Source: Bdellovibrionota bacterium
GTDB taxonomy: Bacteria > Bdellovibrionota_C > UBA2361 > JBIKWN01
NCBI GenBank assembly: GCA_044356295.1
Contig: JBIKWN010000001.1
Span: forward strand, 61,434 to 125,433
Length of the DNA stretch: 64,000 nucleotides
Direction of reading: 5' to 3'
Shown: positions 52,810 through 62,634 of the stretch, piece by piece
How positions within the stretch are numbered: position 1 is the stretch's first letter
How the letters are laid out: each line of letters begins with the position of its first letter
Made by a program: the position numbers and the translations under genes
Notes under the pieces: model-generated
Seen by the model: only the letters and a program-made list of their open reading frames with translations
Told to the model about the DNA's origin: nothing
Databases searched by the model: none

Positions 52810-54960
52810 TTAATAAATACTTTTACAATCGGTCAGGATGTTGTCTTCACTTGAAGAAGATTTAAGTTTAATAGTAACAAATGGAACTGTCTTCAAAGCT
52901 TTAGGAAGGGTGAATAGCACACCGTTATCTTTAACTACTGTTGGTATATTTTCTAAGGTATGAGCCAGTATTGCACTTATTGAAGAATCTGGTTGAAGTG
53001 GGCTAGCAAAATTACAAGTCACCATTTTTACATTTGATTGCACAATGAGTGAGCTTAATTCAGAGTTGGAAATCTTTATACGAGGATGAAAGCTAAATTG
53101 AAAACTTCCATCCTCAAGCTCGACTTTATTAGTTAGAAAATCTTTGTAGAGATTAAGATTATCAGTTGAAAAAAGTTTGGAGTTCGATGAATAACTTGAG
53201 GTTACTAGGATGGTGTTAAGATCAATTATCTCAGAAAGAGTCCTTAAGGACTTTTCGTCAGGAAAGCTTGAAAGCTTTTGAGGCAGCTCTTTTACAAGAC
53301 GAGTTTTTATTCCTGTAAACCCATTTATACTTTTTAAGTTATTTTCAACAGACCAAAGTAAGAATTGATTCTGCATTGTCGCAAAATTAAAGAAGCTTTT
53401 AATTCCACCATCTTCTGATTGAGTGTCTCCATATGGAATTAATACTCCAAGAGCACTACTTTTGGATTGATTGGAAGAGATATTTCTTGCCGAGAGAATA
53501 TTTGAGCTCGGCTCAAATGGAAAAACGGCTGAAATATTTTCTAAAAAAATAAAACAACAACAAAGGCAGCAGATTAAAATTTTCTCTCTCTTAGCTTGGA
53601 AAATTGCAAGCCAATAAAATGCAATAAGTGAAAAGAGGTATATAGAAACAATACCAGCTCTGCTAATCGCTCTAAATCCCGAAAAACCAGGTATAAAATT
53701 ATATAAGAAATAGTATGGTGAATAAGAAGCAATATCAGGACGGCTGATAGGTCCAAATGAAATAGCCATAAAAATAAAGGCGAGGGAAGAAAATAATAAA
53801 ATAAGTTCTTGATTTGAAATAATAGTTATTTGGTCAGTTTTTTTTACTATTTTAACTACTACCAATCCCAATAAAATAAGCGAAATCAACGTTAGCCAGG
53901 AAAGAGTAGAATTAAGAATCCAATAAAAATCAGGAATCAGTGTACTTGCTATAAAGAGCGATAGAAAAACAGTAAAAATATATTTGTATTTAATAATTTT
54001 TTTGTGAGTTGCAGAGCAGTAAAAAGAAATCAGCGCTAGTAAAGGAATGAAAATTCCAGTGCCAAGACTTGCCTCAGAGTGTGAAAGATTAAATATTTTT
54101 GAGTAGAGAAAATTAAAAGATCCAAAAGATAAAAAAGATGCAATTGTTGCTTGAAAAGCGTGAGGTTCCCAATACCCGCGGTCTCCAAATGCTTTCAGTA
54201 CATCTAGATAAGGTAATAAAAACGGAAGGGAAGGGGATAGTCCAAAAAGAAAAGTTACTACAAATCGAGAAATGAAAATTACCTTATTATCTGAATGAAA
54301 TCGGACTGCCCACCAAAGAGACATCAGAACAAAAAGTATCCCTGAAAAAAATGTAAGGTAGATTGAACATAAAAAACTACAAAATAGAGATATCCCAATT
54401 AGAAATGGATAAAGAAGTCGTTCTTCCGACACCCACTTTAAAAATAGATAGATAACCAGCGGAACAATCCAAACATGGAGCATTTGAGGATGTCCAAAAT
54501 GAGCCTGTATTGGAGCAAGTTGTGGTGTAAGAATTCCAAAAAAAATACTTAAATAAAAATTTTCAGTAAGACTGTAGAGCAGTAAAAAAGAAAAAAAACC
54601 AAGTAGCAGAAGAGCCACAATAAAAATAATATTCCAACAAAGAATTTTCCCTATTCCTATATTTTTTAAAAGAAAAAATGCAAAAGATGGAAGTATCCAA
54701 TTATCTGAGAAGGCAAGACTTTGGGAGTATGGAAAGAATCCATTTGTTTCAAACCAAGTGCTTGGCGTAACTTGGTATGGAAACAGATTACAAAGCCAAA
54801 TATAAATAGATGTATCTCCACCACTGCCTCCAAGATAATGAGTGGAACTTTGAATAATAATAGACGGGCTAAGTATTAGAAAGGCAACGAGAATACAGAA
54901 GAGAGCTACAGATTTCTGTCTAACTGTTAGTTGAGCAAGGGTGAGAACTGAAGCTTTCAT
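52810..54960 (-). CDS. Large polytopic membrane protein with a soluble C-terminal domain (YfhO/GT-C-like architecture)
   Basis: 716 aa. It has more than 12 hydrophobic helices across its first 470 residues or so, followed by a domain of about 240 aa. Its start overlaps the 3' end of the double-UvrA gene by 41 nt. Confidence 0.45.
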   Translation of the reverse strand: MKASVLTLAQLTVRQKSVALFCILVAFLILSPSIIIQSSTHYLGGSGGDTSIYIWLCNLFPYQVTPSTWFETNGFFPYSQSLAFSDNWILPSFAFFLLKNIGIGKILCWNIIFIVALLLLGFFSFLLLYSLTENFYLSIFFGILTPQLAPIQAHFGHPQMLHVWIVPLVIYLFLKWVSEERLLYPFLIGISLFCSFLCSIYLTFFSGILFVLMSLWWAVRFHSDNKVIFISRFVVTFLFGLSPSLPFLLPYLDVLKAFGDRGYWEPHAFQATIASFLSFGSFNFLYSKIFNLSHSEASLGTGIFIPLLALISFYCSATHKKIIKYKYIFTVFLSLFIASTLIPDFYWILNSTLSWLTLISLILLGLVVVKIVKKTDQITIISNQELILLFSSLAFIFMAISFGPISRPDIASYSPYYFLYNFIPGFSGFRAISRAGIVSIYLFSLIAFYWLAIFQAKREKILICCLCCCFIFLENISAVFPFEPSSNILSARNISSNQSKSSALGVLIPYGDTQSEDGGIKSFFNFATMQNQFLLWSVENNLKSINGFTGIKTRLVKELPQKLSSFPDEKSLRTLSEIIDLNTILVTSSYSSNSKLFSTDNLNLYKDFLTNKVELEDGSFQFSFHPRIKISNSELSSLIVQSNVKMVTCNFASPLQPDSSISAILAHTLENIPTVVKDNGVLFTLPKALKTVPFVTIKLKSSSSEDNILTDCKSIY

Positions 54961-57900
54961 TGCCCTCTGAGTGTAGAGTCTTTGCGTTTTTCAGCAAAGA
55001 GCCCCAAGGGGTTTTGCCTTGAGCTGTTTTAAAAGGTGTTCCAGCAGAGATTACGTTTCCACCGTTTTGCCCAGCTCCGGGACCCATTTCTAGGAAAAAA
55101 TCAGCTGCAGCAATCATATCCATGTCATGTTCTATTACAAAGACTGACGATCCTCTTTCAACAAGTGCTCTTAGAGAATTAATCAATCTAAAAACGTCAC
55201 TTCGGTGAAGTCCAAGAGTCGGTTCATCAAGAATATAGAGAACATGACCTCGAGGATTGCCACTGAGTTCTGAAACAATTTTTAGTCTCTGGGCTTCTCC
55301 TCCAGAGAGCGTCACGGAAGATTGTCCAAGAGTAAGATAGCCAAGTCCTAAGTCGCATGCGATTTTTAAACTCTGATGTATTTTTTTATGATTTGAAAAC
55401 TTACTTTTTGCTTCTTCAAAGGTAAGGCTTAGTACTTCACTAATCGTAAGACCGCCGTATCTAACGATTTGAATATCACTTCCATACCTTGTTCCGCTGC
55501 AGCTTTCGCATTCAACTTTTGCATCAGCAAGAAAATTCATTTCAAGTGTAATAACACCCGCACCTTTACATTCAGAGCATCGTCCTTTTCCAGCATTATA
55601 AGAGAAATGACCCTGATTCCACCCTTGGGCTCTTGCTTCAAGCGTGCTTGCAAACACTTTTCGTATTTCATCCCATACACCTAGATATGAAGCTGGAGTT
55701 GAGCGAGAAGTTGAGCCAATTGGTTTTTGATCAAGATAAACAATTTTATCGATATTTTCATCAAATGTTATCTCTCCACGTTCCGAAGATATCGTATTTT
55801 TTTTATTTTTCCCTTCTCGAAGAGTGTAGTTAATAATTTCATGTATGAGGGTACTTTTTCCTGAGCCCGAAACTCCACCAATCGTTACAAGCTGCTTTAG
55901 GGGAAGTGTCGTAGAAAGATTTTTAATTGTATGACAGTTAGCATTTTTTACCTTTAACTCAGGCGTTTTTTTCTTTACAACTTCGGCAATTTGCAGTGGG
56001 AGTGCTAAGGCAGCACCAGTTGGCGTTGTCCTATCAGTGTATGAAGTGACAGGCCCTTGAAAAACAATTTCACCTCCGTGAATTCCAGCCATGGGACCAA
56101 TATCAATTATATGATCTGCTGACTTAATTGATTCGATGTCATGCTCAATTAAAATAACAGCATTATTGTTGTAGTTAAGAGTCCTTAATTTTTTTAGAAC
56201 CAATCTGTTATCAAGTGGATGTAGTCCAGCACTCGGCTCGTCAAAAATATACATTACTCCTGAAAGAGGAGATCCCATTGCGGTTGCTAATCGAAGGCGT
56301 TGTAATTCCCCACCAGAAAGTGTTCTGCAACTTCTAGAGAGCGAAATATAATCTAAACCTAGCTCACACAGAGACAATAACTTTGAGCGGAGTTCAATTA
56401 TTACTGGTTCAGCAAGGGCTTGGTTCATTTTAGTAAGCGTCTGTGAGATCTTATCTAAAAATACAAGAAGTTCTCGAGGAGTTAAGCTTGAGCTCTCAAA
56501 GATATTTTTTCCGAATATACGTATATTTCTTCCAATAGCTTGTATGCGGGCTCCCTGACAACTTGTACATACAACTTGTTTTTCATCATGACCAAATCCG
56601 TCACATTCAGCACACCGGCCTCGCTTGGAATTAAATGAAAGATCTTCTGGGTCTACTTTAAAAAATCCAGTTTCACAGACGGGACATGCTCTTTTTGAAC
56701 TTAATATCTCTTCTTTGCCAGAATCAGAGAGAATAATAATGGAACCACCACCTAAGGTTAAAGCTGTTTCTATAGTTTCAACGAGAACTTCTTTGTTAAT
56801 AGTTTTTGGATTAAATTTTGCAATGACAAAATCAATAGAATGAACTTTTGATTTTGTTAGTCCTTCTGCAAAATGAGATGTCTTTCCAAGCACTGAATCA
56901 ACACGTACTTCAAGAATCTCTGATTCGATAGCTCGAATAAATACCGCTTGATGACTTCCTTTTTTCTTAATGATGACAGGGGATAGAAGTCGAATCGTTG
57001 CATCTTTTCGATTCATAATTTTTGTTGCAATTTCTTGAGCAGAAAGAGGTGCTATCTCTTGATCCGGATGGTCGGGACAGTACTGTGTTCCAGTTTTTGC
57101 ATAAAGAAGTCTTAAGAAGTTATATACTTCTGACATCGTTGCCACGGTAGATAGAGCAGATGGTTGAAACGTATGCTGATAGACACAAATAGTAGGTCGT
57201 ACATTACGAATTGAATCAATATCAGGTTTTTTAAGCTCTTTAATAAATTGTCTTGCGTATGGAGACAAACAATCAAGGTACCTGCGTTGTCCTTCAGCAA
57301 AGATTATATCTTTTGCTAACGTTGATTTTCCAGAACCGGATACTCCTGTGATGGCTACAACTTTATCGACCGGAATAGAGACTGATATATTTTTAAGATT
57401 ATGCTCCCTGGCTCCTTTGATCTCTAGCTCAGATGTTTTTGTTACATCAGTAGTTTTCTGAGGATTTTTAGCTTTTGCACGAATTGTGTTTCCACAAGAA
57501 GAGATATAGGTGGAAAGGTGGTTTGCTGTTTCGTTTTTCTTTTCTTTTAGAAGCTCGGGGAGTGTTCCTTGAAAAAGCAGATGTCCCCCTTCTTCTCCTC
57601 CTTCAGGACCTAGATCAATAATCCAATCGGCATTTTGAATGACTGAAAGATTGTGTTCAATACACAGCACTGAGTTTCCACGAGAAATAAGTTCTCTGAG
57701 TAGTCGAATAAAATTTTCAACATCATGGACATGAAGCCCAGAGGTGGGTTCGTCAAAAATAAATAGATAATGTTTTGATGAGTTCTCGGATAGATATGGA
57801 ACAAGTTTTAAACGCTGGGCTTCGCCTCCACTTAATTCACTAAGAGGATGTCCTAAACGACACGCACCTAATCCAAGTTTTTGCAGAACTAAAAGTGTCG

Positions 57901-60268
57901 CTGATACTGATTTATTATTAAGTTGTGTGAAAAAAGTATATGCATCATCGACAGACATCGAAAGATATTCGTCAACGTTTTTTCCTTTATAAAAAATGTT
58001 AAGAACTGAAGGTTGGAATCTCTTTCCGAGGCATGATTCACAAGGAACATAGACATCACTTAAAAACTGCATGTCCTCTCTAATAAAGCCGGCTCCTTCA
58101 CAGCTGGTACACCGTCCAGCGTTAACATTAAAGCTAAAACTAGATTTGCTAAATCCTAGTGCCTGGGCTTCTTCGGTGCTTGCAAGGAGGTCTCGAATGA
58201 CGTCCCAAATTTTTGTGTATGTAGCAATATTGGCACGAGGCGTTTTTGCAAGTGGACTTTGATCCACAAAGATAAGCTCATCAATTTTTGAAAATCCTGC
58301 ACTCTTTTCGAAACCAAAAGCTGAGTCAATGATACCTTTATGGAGCTTCCATGCATTTAAGATTACTTCATGAGCAAGGGTGCTTTTCCCGGAACCACTA
58401 ACTCCCGTTAAGCAGGTGAGGGTCTTTAGAGGGATTTGAACATTACATGATTTTAAGTTTCGGGCCGAAGCTTTAAAAATAGAGATTGAATCATTTAGAT
58501 TAACTTTTTCAGTAGCGTTGATTCGTTTTGCTATCTGAACACCTTTCCATTTGGAAGCAGGGCCATTAAAAATAACATCACCACCAAATGTTCCAGCCTT
58601 TGGACCAATCTCAATAATATGATCAGCTTCAGTAATCACATCCGGATCATGCTCTACGACTAAAAGAGAATTTCCCTTTTGAGTCAGATTTTTCATGGCT
58701 CTTGTCAATCTTTCAGAATCTCTTGCATGAAGCCCAATTGAAGGTTCATCAAGTACAAATTGAGTTGAAGTAAGCTCACTTCCAAGGGCAGTTGCTAAGT
58801 TAACACGTTGGGTTTCTCCACCAGAAAGGGTTTTTGCTTGTCTGTCCAACGTAAGATACGGCAGACCAAGGTTTTCAAGATACTGAAGCCTGCCAACGAG
58901 ATTTTCAAAAGGACTTTGTAAAGCTTGATAAAGTGCTTTATTTTTTTTTGCTTCAATTTGAAGCTCTTTAATCCAAGATAGAAGTCTTCCAATCGGAAGG
59001 GACCAGATTTCGCCGATATGTTTATTATTCACTCGAAATGCCAAAGCCTGAGCTTTTAGTCTTGAGCCACTGCAAGATGAGCAAACTTTTTGCTCTCGGT
59101 ACCGAGATAAGAAAACTCGTACATGCATCTTATAAGTTTTTTTCTCAAGCCATTGGAACCAATGATCTACCCCCCAAAAGTCTTTCTCTTTGGTTTCAAA
59201 AATTTTTCTTTTTTGAATGTCGGATAAGTTTTTCCACGGAATATCTGTGGCAATCCCTTCACGTTTAGCAAAAGTAAGTAGGCTTTTAAATTCCCATTCA
59301 GCTGATGGTCCTGACCAACAAGCTATAGCATGTTCTTCGAGTGTTTTTGAAACATCAGGAACTACTTTTGATTCAGAGATTGATAGAGTAAATCCAAATC
59401 CTTTACAAAGTTCGCATGCACCAATTGGATGGTTAAAAGAAAAAAGTGCTGTTTTAGGTACTTCAGCAGTGAAGTCATGTTTCTCGCACCGAAATGATTT
59501 CGAGAATATTTTTTTTATAAAAGGCTTATCCTTTTCTGATTGTAAAAGAAGTGTTACTTCGTTTGGGTTTAATGAAAAACCCGCATCAAGAGATGTCTTT
59601 AACCGTGAAATTTGAACAGCGCCTGAAATGCGATCAAGGATAACTGTTATAGTGCTGATATTCTTAAAATCTTTTTTACTAATCTCGCTAAGCTGTATAA
59701 CAAGGCCTGTATGAGGGTGAAGTATTCGGGAATATCCTAATGTTTTTAATCTATCTATTTCAAAATCAATAAATTTTTTGTTGCAGTGAACTTCAGCTGC
59801 GATAAGTATAGAAAAATTATCTTTAATAAGATCTTGGATTTGTGCTGCTATAGTAGCGCTATTCCAACGCACTAACCCTTCATCACAAACAGGGCAATGA
59901 GGAATAGCAAGAGATCCCCAAATTACTTTCAAATAATCATTACTATTAGTAAGTGAACCAACAGTTGATCTGGCGCTGGTAATTCTCGTTCTTTGCTGAA
60001 TAGAAATCGCAGGGCGAACATTTTCTAACTTTTCAACAAGTGGCTTTTTTACCTTATCAAAAAATTGTCGTGTATACGGTGAAAAAGTTTCAATATATCT
60101 GCGTTGACCTTCAGCATAGACCGTATCAAAGGCGAGTGATGATTTACCGGATCCAGACAGACCAGTAATCACTGTTAATTCGTCATGAGGAATCTCAAGA
60201 GAGATGTTCTTTAAGTTATTCTCTTGAGCACCAATAATTTTTAGAGATTCTTTGTGCTTACCATTCAT
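54920..60268 (-). CDS. Tandem-fused double UvrA-like protein (two complete UvrA modules, four ABC ATPase domains)
   Basis: 1782 aa, uninterrupted. Each half contains a UvrA N-terminal NBD ('GLSGSGKSSLAFDTVYAEGQRRY' and 'GVSGSGKSTLAKDIIFAEGQRRY'), Zn-finger Cys pairs, a UvrB-binding/insertion-like segment, and a second NBD with LSGGE signature and Walker B (four 'DEP(S/T)xGLH' motifs in total). The halves are clearly divergent, so this is not an assembly duplication. Confidence 0.85.
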   Translation of the reverse strand: MNGKHKESLKIIGAQENNLKNISLEIPHDELTVITGLSGSGKSSLAFDTVYAEGQRRYIETFSPYTRQFFDKVKKPLVEKLENVRPAISIQQRTRITSARSTVGSLTNSNDYLKVIWGSLAIPHCPVCDEGLVRWNSATIAAQIQDLIKDNFSILIAAEVHCNKKFIDFEIDRLKTLGYSRILHPHTGLVIQLSEISKKDFKNISTITVILDRISGAVQISRLKTSLDAGFSLNPNEVTLLLQSEKDKPFIKKIFSKSFRCEKHDFTAEVPKTALFSFNHPIGACELCKGFGFTLSISESKVVPDVSKTLEEHAIACWSGPSAEWEFKSLLTFAKREGIATDIPWKNLSDIQKRKIFETKEKDFWGVDHWFQWLEKKTYKMHVRVFLSRYREQKVCSSCSGSRLKAQALAFRVNNKHIGEIWSLPIGRLLSWIKELQIEAKKNKALYQALQSPFENLVGRLQYLENLGLPYLTLDRQAKTLSGGETQRVNLATALGSELTSTQFVLDEPSIGLHARDSERLTRAMKNLTQKGNSLLVVEHDPDVITEADHIIEIGPKAGTFGGDVIFNGPASKWKGVQIAKRINATEKVNLNDSISIFKASARNLKSCNVQIPLKTLTCLTGVSGSGKSTLAHEVILNAWKLHKGIIDSAFGFEKSAGFSKIDELIFVDQSPLAKTPRANIATYTKIWDVIRDLLASTEEAQALGFSKSSFSFNVNAGRCTSCEGAGFIREDMQFLSDVYVPCESCLGKRFQPSVLNIFYKGKNVDEYLSMSVDDAYTFFTQLNNKSVSATLLVLQKLGLGACRLGHPLSELSGGEAQRLKLVPYLSENSSKHYLFIFDEPTSGLHVHDVENFIRLLRELISRGNSVLCIEHNLSVIQNADWIIDLGPEGGEEGGHLLFQGTLPELLKEKKNETANHLSTYISSCGNTIRAKAKNPQKTTDVTKTSELEIKGAREHNLKNISVSIPVDKVVAITGVSGSGKSTLAKDIIFAEGQRRYLDCLSPYARQFIKELKKPDIDSIRNVRPTICVYQHTFQPSALSTVATMSEVYNFLRLLYAKTGTQYCPDHPDQEIAPLSAQEIATKIMNRKDATIRLLSPVIIKKKGSHQAVFIRAIESEILEVRVDSVLGKTSHFAEGLTKSKVHSIDFVIAKFNPKTINKEVLVETIETALTLGGGSIIILSDSGKEEILSSKRACPVCETGFFKVDPEDLSFNSKRGRCAECDGFGHDEKQVVCTSCQGARIQAIGRNIRIFGKNIFESSSLTPRELLVFLDKISQTLTKMNQALAEPVIIELRSKLLSLCELGLDYISLSRSCRTLSGGELQRLRLATAMGSPLSGVMYIFDEPSAGLHPLDNRLVLKKLRTLNYNNNAVILIEHDIESIKSADHIIDIGPMAGIHGGEIVFQGPVTSYTDRTTPTGAALALPLQIAEVVKKKTPELKVKNANCHTIKNLSTTLPLKQLVTIGGVSGSGKSTLIHEIINYTLREGKNKKNTISSERGEITFDENIDKIVYLDQKPIGSTSRSTPASYLGVWDEIRKVFASTLEARAQGWNQGHFSYNAGKGRCSECKGAGVITLEMNFLADAKVECESCSGTRYGSDIQIVRYGGLTISEVLSLTFEEAKSKFSNHKKIHQSLKIACDLGLGYLTLGQSSVTLSGGEAQRLKIVSELSGNPRGHVLYILDEPTLGLHRSDVFRLINSLRALVERGSSVFVIEHDMDMIAAADFFLEMGPGAGQNGGNVISAGTPFKTAQGKTPWGSLLKNAKTLHSEGNESFSSHPCSTNS

Positions 60269-61657
60269 TTATTTGCCCATCATACCACGGAATGCTGATT
60301 CTAGCGTGGGAGATGTAAATGCAAAATTAGATTCAAGAAGTTTTTTTGGAATTATTCTTTGAGAAGAAAGAATTGTTTCATCAGCCATTTGACCAAAGAC
60401 AAGCCTTAGAAACAAAGGTGGAACAGGGAAAAGGCAAGGACGCCTCAGTACCGTTGAGAGAGTTCTGCTGAACTCTAAATTGGTTGTTGCTTTTGGCAAA
60501 CAGAAATTGAAAGCACCACTTACTTCTTGGCTAGCAGCTAAATGATACAGTCCATAGATGACATCATCTTTTGAAATACAGCTCATGAAGCGTTGCCCTT
60601 TTCCGATTGGGCCACCAATACCTAATTGGAAGGGAAGAAGAAGTTTTTTTAAAGCACCACCATCAGGCGAAAGAATTATTCCAAATCTTGCATGGCAAAC
60701 CCGAATACCGATTTTATTAAGGGGCGTTGAAGCCTCTTCCCATTGTCTTACTACGTCGGCCAGAAAACCTTCTCCTTGCGGAGAGCTCTCATCAACTTCA
60801 ATTTTTGTGTCAGTTCCATAAAAACCAGAACCAGACGCCGAAATAAAAGTTTTAGGTTTGTTTTTTAACTTCGAAATGCATTCCACTAAAAAAGAAGTTG
60901 TTTCAACTCGAGAACGTAGGATCGTATCTTTCACTAAAGTACTCCACCGTTTTGCAACAGATTCTCCAGAAAGATGGATAATATGATCAAAGCCCTCTAA
61001 CGAATCAGGACTTATGATTTTTTTATAAGGATTCCATGGAATTCTTTTAACAGCATCGGGGATACCTTCATCATTTCCTCGAGAAAGGATAGAGACCGAA
61101 TGTCCAGCAGTTAACAGAAATGCAACAAGACTCTTGCCGAGAAACCCACTTGCACCTGATATCAGAAAATTTTGTTGCGTTTGAAAACTTCCCTTGTATT
61201 TTTCAATAACAGAAAGATCTTGTAGGGTTATGTGGTGTCGGTATTTAAAAAGCCTTTCTAATTTTTTTCTAAAAATCCAACCAAACAATGGTTCTGACAA
61301 TATTGGAAATGGCAGTGAAAACGATAACTCATCTTTAAGAATAGAAGTATGTGAGCTTACTCCTTCAAAGACATGTTGATGCTTCCAAGATTTAAAAGGA
61401 CCGTTAACTTGATGGTCTTCGAATTTTTTATTTTCTATATATCCTTTATGGGTAAGATTCCAACGAATTCCGATTTTTCCGAAAACTGGAACCTTAATGA
61501 CGACTGTTGCTCCGTCTCGAATGCCCCCTGAGTGAGAAACTAATTCAACTGGCTCAAAAGGGGGATTTAGTCTGAGAAACGCACCAGGACGCTCATGCCA
61601 AGCAAAAAGATCTTCAACTGGAATAGGAAATTCTTTTTGAAAGGTAAGTGTAATCAA
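60269..61657 (-). CDS. SRPBCC-domain and TIGR01777/YfcH-type NAD-dependent epimerase (SDR39U1) fusion protein
   Basis: An N-terminal START/SRPBCC-like domain of about 145 aa, then a Rossmann 'ISGASGFLGKSLV' domain and a C-terminal DUF1731-like 'ILSSQRIIPKKLLESNFAF'. Its stop directly abuts the double-UvrA start codon. Confidence 0.65.
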   Translation of the reverse strand: MITLTFQKEFPIPVEDLFAWHERPGAFLRLNPPFEPVELVSHSGGIRDGATVVIKVPVFGKIGIRWNLTHKGYIENKKFEDHQVNGPFKSWKHQHVFEGVSSHTSILKDELSFSLPFPILSEPLFGWIFRKKLERLFKYRHHITLQDLSVIEKYKGSFQTQQNFLISGASGFLGKSLVAFLLTAGHSVSILSRGNDEGIPDAVKRIPWNPYKKIISPDSLEGFDHIIHLSGESVAKRWSTLVKDTILRSRVETTSFLVECISKLKNKPKTFISASGSGFYGTDTKIEVDESSPQGEGFLADVVRQWEEASTPLNKIGIRVCHARFGIILSPDGGALKKLLLPFQLGIGGPIGKGQRFMSCISKDDVIYGLYHLAASQEVSGAFNFCLPKATTNLEFSRTLSTVLRRPCLFPVPPLFLRLVFGQMADETILSSQRIIPKKLLESNFAFTSPTLESAFRGMMGK

Positions 61658-62085
61658 CCAAAGACCTCTTTGGCGACAGTAGCTGCAAGCTTTCCATCAT
61701 ACTGACCATTATGTGAATCTTTTAAGCTCTTCATAGCTCCACCTTGATTGATAGTAGCGTCATTTGCTTTCAGTGAAGCAAAGAAAGAGCTTAACTCTTC
61801 TTTTGTCATTTGTTTTGGAAGAAACGATTCAAGAACAGAGATCTCAATAAGAAGTTTTTCTAAAAGTTCTGGTCTGTTTCCCTTCTCTGCAAATTCAATC
61901 TCTTCCTTTCTTTTTTTTAGCTCTCGTTGAAGAATTGCCATAACATCAGTAATGCTTGCATCGGATATTCCTTTTTGCATTTCATCATACTGAATTTCAC
62001 TTAAGACCCCTCGAATTGTTGAAAGCTTAACAGCATCCTTTGCTTTCATTGCTTCTTTCATTTCGGTTTTTAATCTTTCTTTCAT
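61654..62085 (-). CDS. yqeY: GatB/YqeY-domain protein
   Basis: 'MKERLKTEMKEAMKAKDAVKLSTIRGVLSEIQ' is the typical YqeY N-terminus. 143 aa. It overlaps the downstream gene by 4 nt. Confidence 0.7.
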   Translation of the reverse strand: MKERLKTEMKEAMKAKDAVKLSTIRGVLSEIQYDEMQKGISDASITDVMAILQRELKKRKEEIEFAEKGNRPELLEKLLIEISVLESFLPKQMTKEELSSFFASLKANDATINQGGAMKSLKDSHNGQYDGKLAATVAKEVFG

Positions 62086-62090
62086 ACGAC

Positions 62091-62498
62091 CTATATTTTT
62101 TTGAATTCTTTTAAAAATTTTTCTAATTTAGCAGTGGTTTCGGCGCTTACAAGATGTTCAATCTTACATGCATCAATCTCGGCTTGACCTGGGCTCACAC
62201 GAAGTACCTTTTCAAAAAATTCTTTTACTAACTCGTTTCTGACCACAATTGCTTTTGCAAGCCGCTCGCCTTCGGATGATAAGATCAGAAATTTATTATC
62301 ATCTTCAACAATAAATCCTTTTTGTTTCAAACTTTTGAGGTTTGTAGAAGCACTACCAGTTGTGATGTTTAACTCTTTAGCAACGTCAGTAACTCGGGCA
62401 TAGCCACGCTTTGCACGAAGATCCATTATGGCTAATAGATGATGAGCAGCACTGTGTGTGATGTCGTTTTCTTCAAATTGCTTCCAAACGTCTTCCAT
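62091..62498 (-). CDS. DtxR/MntR-family metal-dependent transcriptional regulator
   Basis: Winged-helix region 'GYARVTDVAKELNITTGSASTNLKSLKQKGFIVED' with a dimerisation helix. 135 aa. It is the first gene of the five-gene same-strand cluster. Confidence 0.6.
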   Translation of the reverse strand: MEDVWKQFEENDITHSAAHHLLAIMDLRAKRGYARVTDVAKELNITTGSASTNLKSLKQKGFIVEDDNKFLILSSEGERLAKAIVVRNELVKEFFEKVLRVSPGQAEIDACKIEHLVSAETTAKLEKFLKEFKKI

Positions 62499-62634
62499 AA
62501 TTTATGCTATCTAACTAAAAGCATATTGTAGATGCAAAGAATTGATATATCAAGCAAATGCTCTGCTGCTATTTTTGGCAATGTAAAATAAGCTGTGATA
62601 GGCTACTTGGTGTCATTTTTATCGATTTTAAACT

